Assembly (NCBI GenBank): GCA_963715195.1
Contig: CAVQRT010000030.1
Location: forward strand, 64,001-128,000
Direction: 5' to 3'
From: Thermodesulfovibrionales bacterium
Lineage (GTDB): Bacteria; Nitrospirota; Thermodesulfovibrionia; Thermodesulfovibrionales; SM23-35
DNA: 64,000 bases
Shown here: positions 63,117 through 64,000 of the stretch, one piece after another
How positions within the stretch are numbered: the stretch's first letter is position 1
Layout: each line of letters begins with the position of its first letter
Translations under genes and position numbers: made by a program
Notes under the pieces: model-generated
What the model saw: the letters and a program-made list of their open reading frames with translations, nothing else
The model's database searches: none
What the model was told of the DNA's origin: nothing

Positions 63117-64000
63117 ATGACAATTCGCGAACAGACGGAAGAGATCGAAAGACAAGTCCTTTATCCAAAGGCATGTCTGAGTTCACAGAGCAGAGGAAGG
63201 TCGAAGCCCGAGAAAGAAGGGGAGGTCCGGACGTGCTTCCAGCGCGACAGGGACAGGATTATTCATTCAAAAGCATTCAGGCGGCTCAAGCATAAAACAC
63301 AGGTTTTCCTCGCACCGCAAGGCGACCACTACAGGACACGCCTGACCCATGTCCTTGAGGTATCGCAGATCGCCCGCACCATAGCAAAGGCCTTGCGCCT
63401 GAATGAGGATCTGACAGAGGCAATCGCACTCGGACATGACCTCGGCCATACCCCATTCGGGCACGCAGGGGAAGACATATTGCGGGAGATACACCCGGGT
63501 GGATTTGACCACTACAAACAGAGTCTCAGAGTTGTCGATTTTCTTGAAAAAGATGGTGAAGGCCTGAATCTTACCTACGAGGTACGGAACGGTATCCTGA
63601 AGCATTCAAAAGGCAAAGGCCTGATAATCCCTCAGGCAAAATCCGACAGGGCAGATACCCTTGAGGGACAGGTGGTTCGCGTTTCAGATATCATCGCGTA
63701 TGTGAATCACGACCTTGACGATGCTCTGAGAGCAGGTGTCATCAGGAAGTCAGATATCCCGAAAAACATTATCAAGACGCTCGGCAATACCCATGCGAAA
63801 AGAATAGACACGATGGTAAAAGACGTGATTTATCAGTCTGCTCTTGTTAATCTTGAGGGGATCCTGATGAGCAACGCCATTTTGGCATCCACTTCAAGAC
63901 TGAGGGATTTTCTGTATGAACGGGTATACGAGAGTGACCGGATAATCAGAGAGTTTCGAAAAGCCCGGAAGATTCTTCGTGATTTATATGCCTATTACCT
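63117..64000 (+). CDS. Deoxyguanosinetriphosphate triphosphohydrolase-like HD protein, partial
   Basis: Not in the track (runs off the window end). MTIREQTE...[24 protein letters not shown]...RTRLTH...[14 protein letters not shown]. Confidence 0.93.
   Translation, partial: MTIREQTEEIERQVLYPKACLSSQSRGRSKPEKEGEVRTCFQRDRDRIIHSKAFRRLKHKTQVFLAPQGDHYRTRLTHVLEVSQIARTIAKALRLNEDLTEAIALGHDLGHTPFGHAGEDILREIHPGGFDHYKQSLRVVDFLEKDGEGLNLTYEVRNGILKHSKGKGLIIPQAKSDRADTLEGQVVRVSDIIAYVNHDLDDALRAGVIRKSDIPKNIIKTLGNTHAKRIDTMVKDVIYQSALVNLEGILMSNAILASTSRLRDFLYERVYESDRIIREFRKARKILRDLYAYY

Overview
Bacterial chromosomal window, most likely from a sulfate/sulfite-reducing Nitrospirota (Thermodesulfovibrionia-like). This is inferred from the dsr gene order and protein character; no database search was run. 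From left to right it holds: partial pgm, eno, a reductive-type dsr locus on the minus strand (dsrABD, TPR, YkgJ-like, two opposite-strand hypotheticals, FmdB-like, dsrN, dsrC, dsrT, dsrMKJOP, ferredoxin), bamA-skp-lpxD-fabZ-lpxA-lpxI, two M16 peptidase subunits, a LysM protein, an RpoD-type sigma factor, a 16S-23S rRNA operon, murJ, trpC/trpF, queF, rpmH-rnpA-yidD-yidC-mnmE, a small accessory block with tRNA-Leu(CAA), mnmG, two radical SAM genes, an acyl-CoA synthetase fusion, cobO, serS and a partial dGTPase-like gene. Notable signals: (1) a DsrE-family gene that the ORF track truncates at an in-frame UGA within a UxxC motif, followed by a SECIS-like hairpin (probable selenoprotein); (2) three hairpin intervening sequences in the 23S rRNA, built from 7- and 8-nt degenerate repeats; (3) the rRNA operon has no 5S gene and no ITS tRNA and runs straight into the sigma factor gene; (4) single-base frameshifts in both dsrK and dsrJ; (5) several families of small palindromic repeats, one inserted in-frame in a dsr-linked gene.
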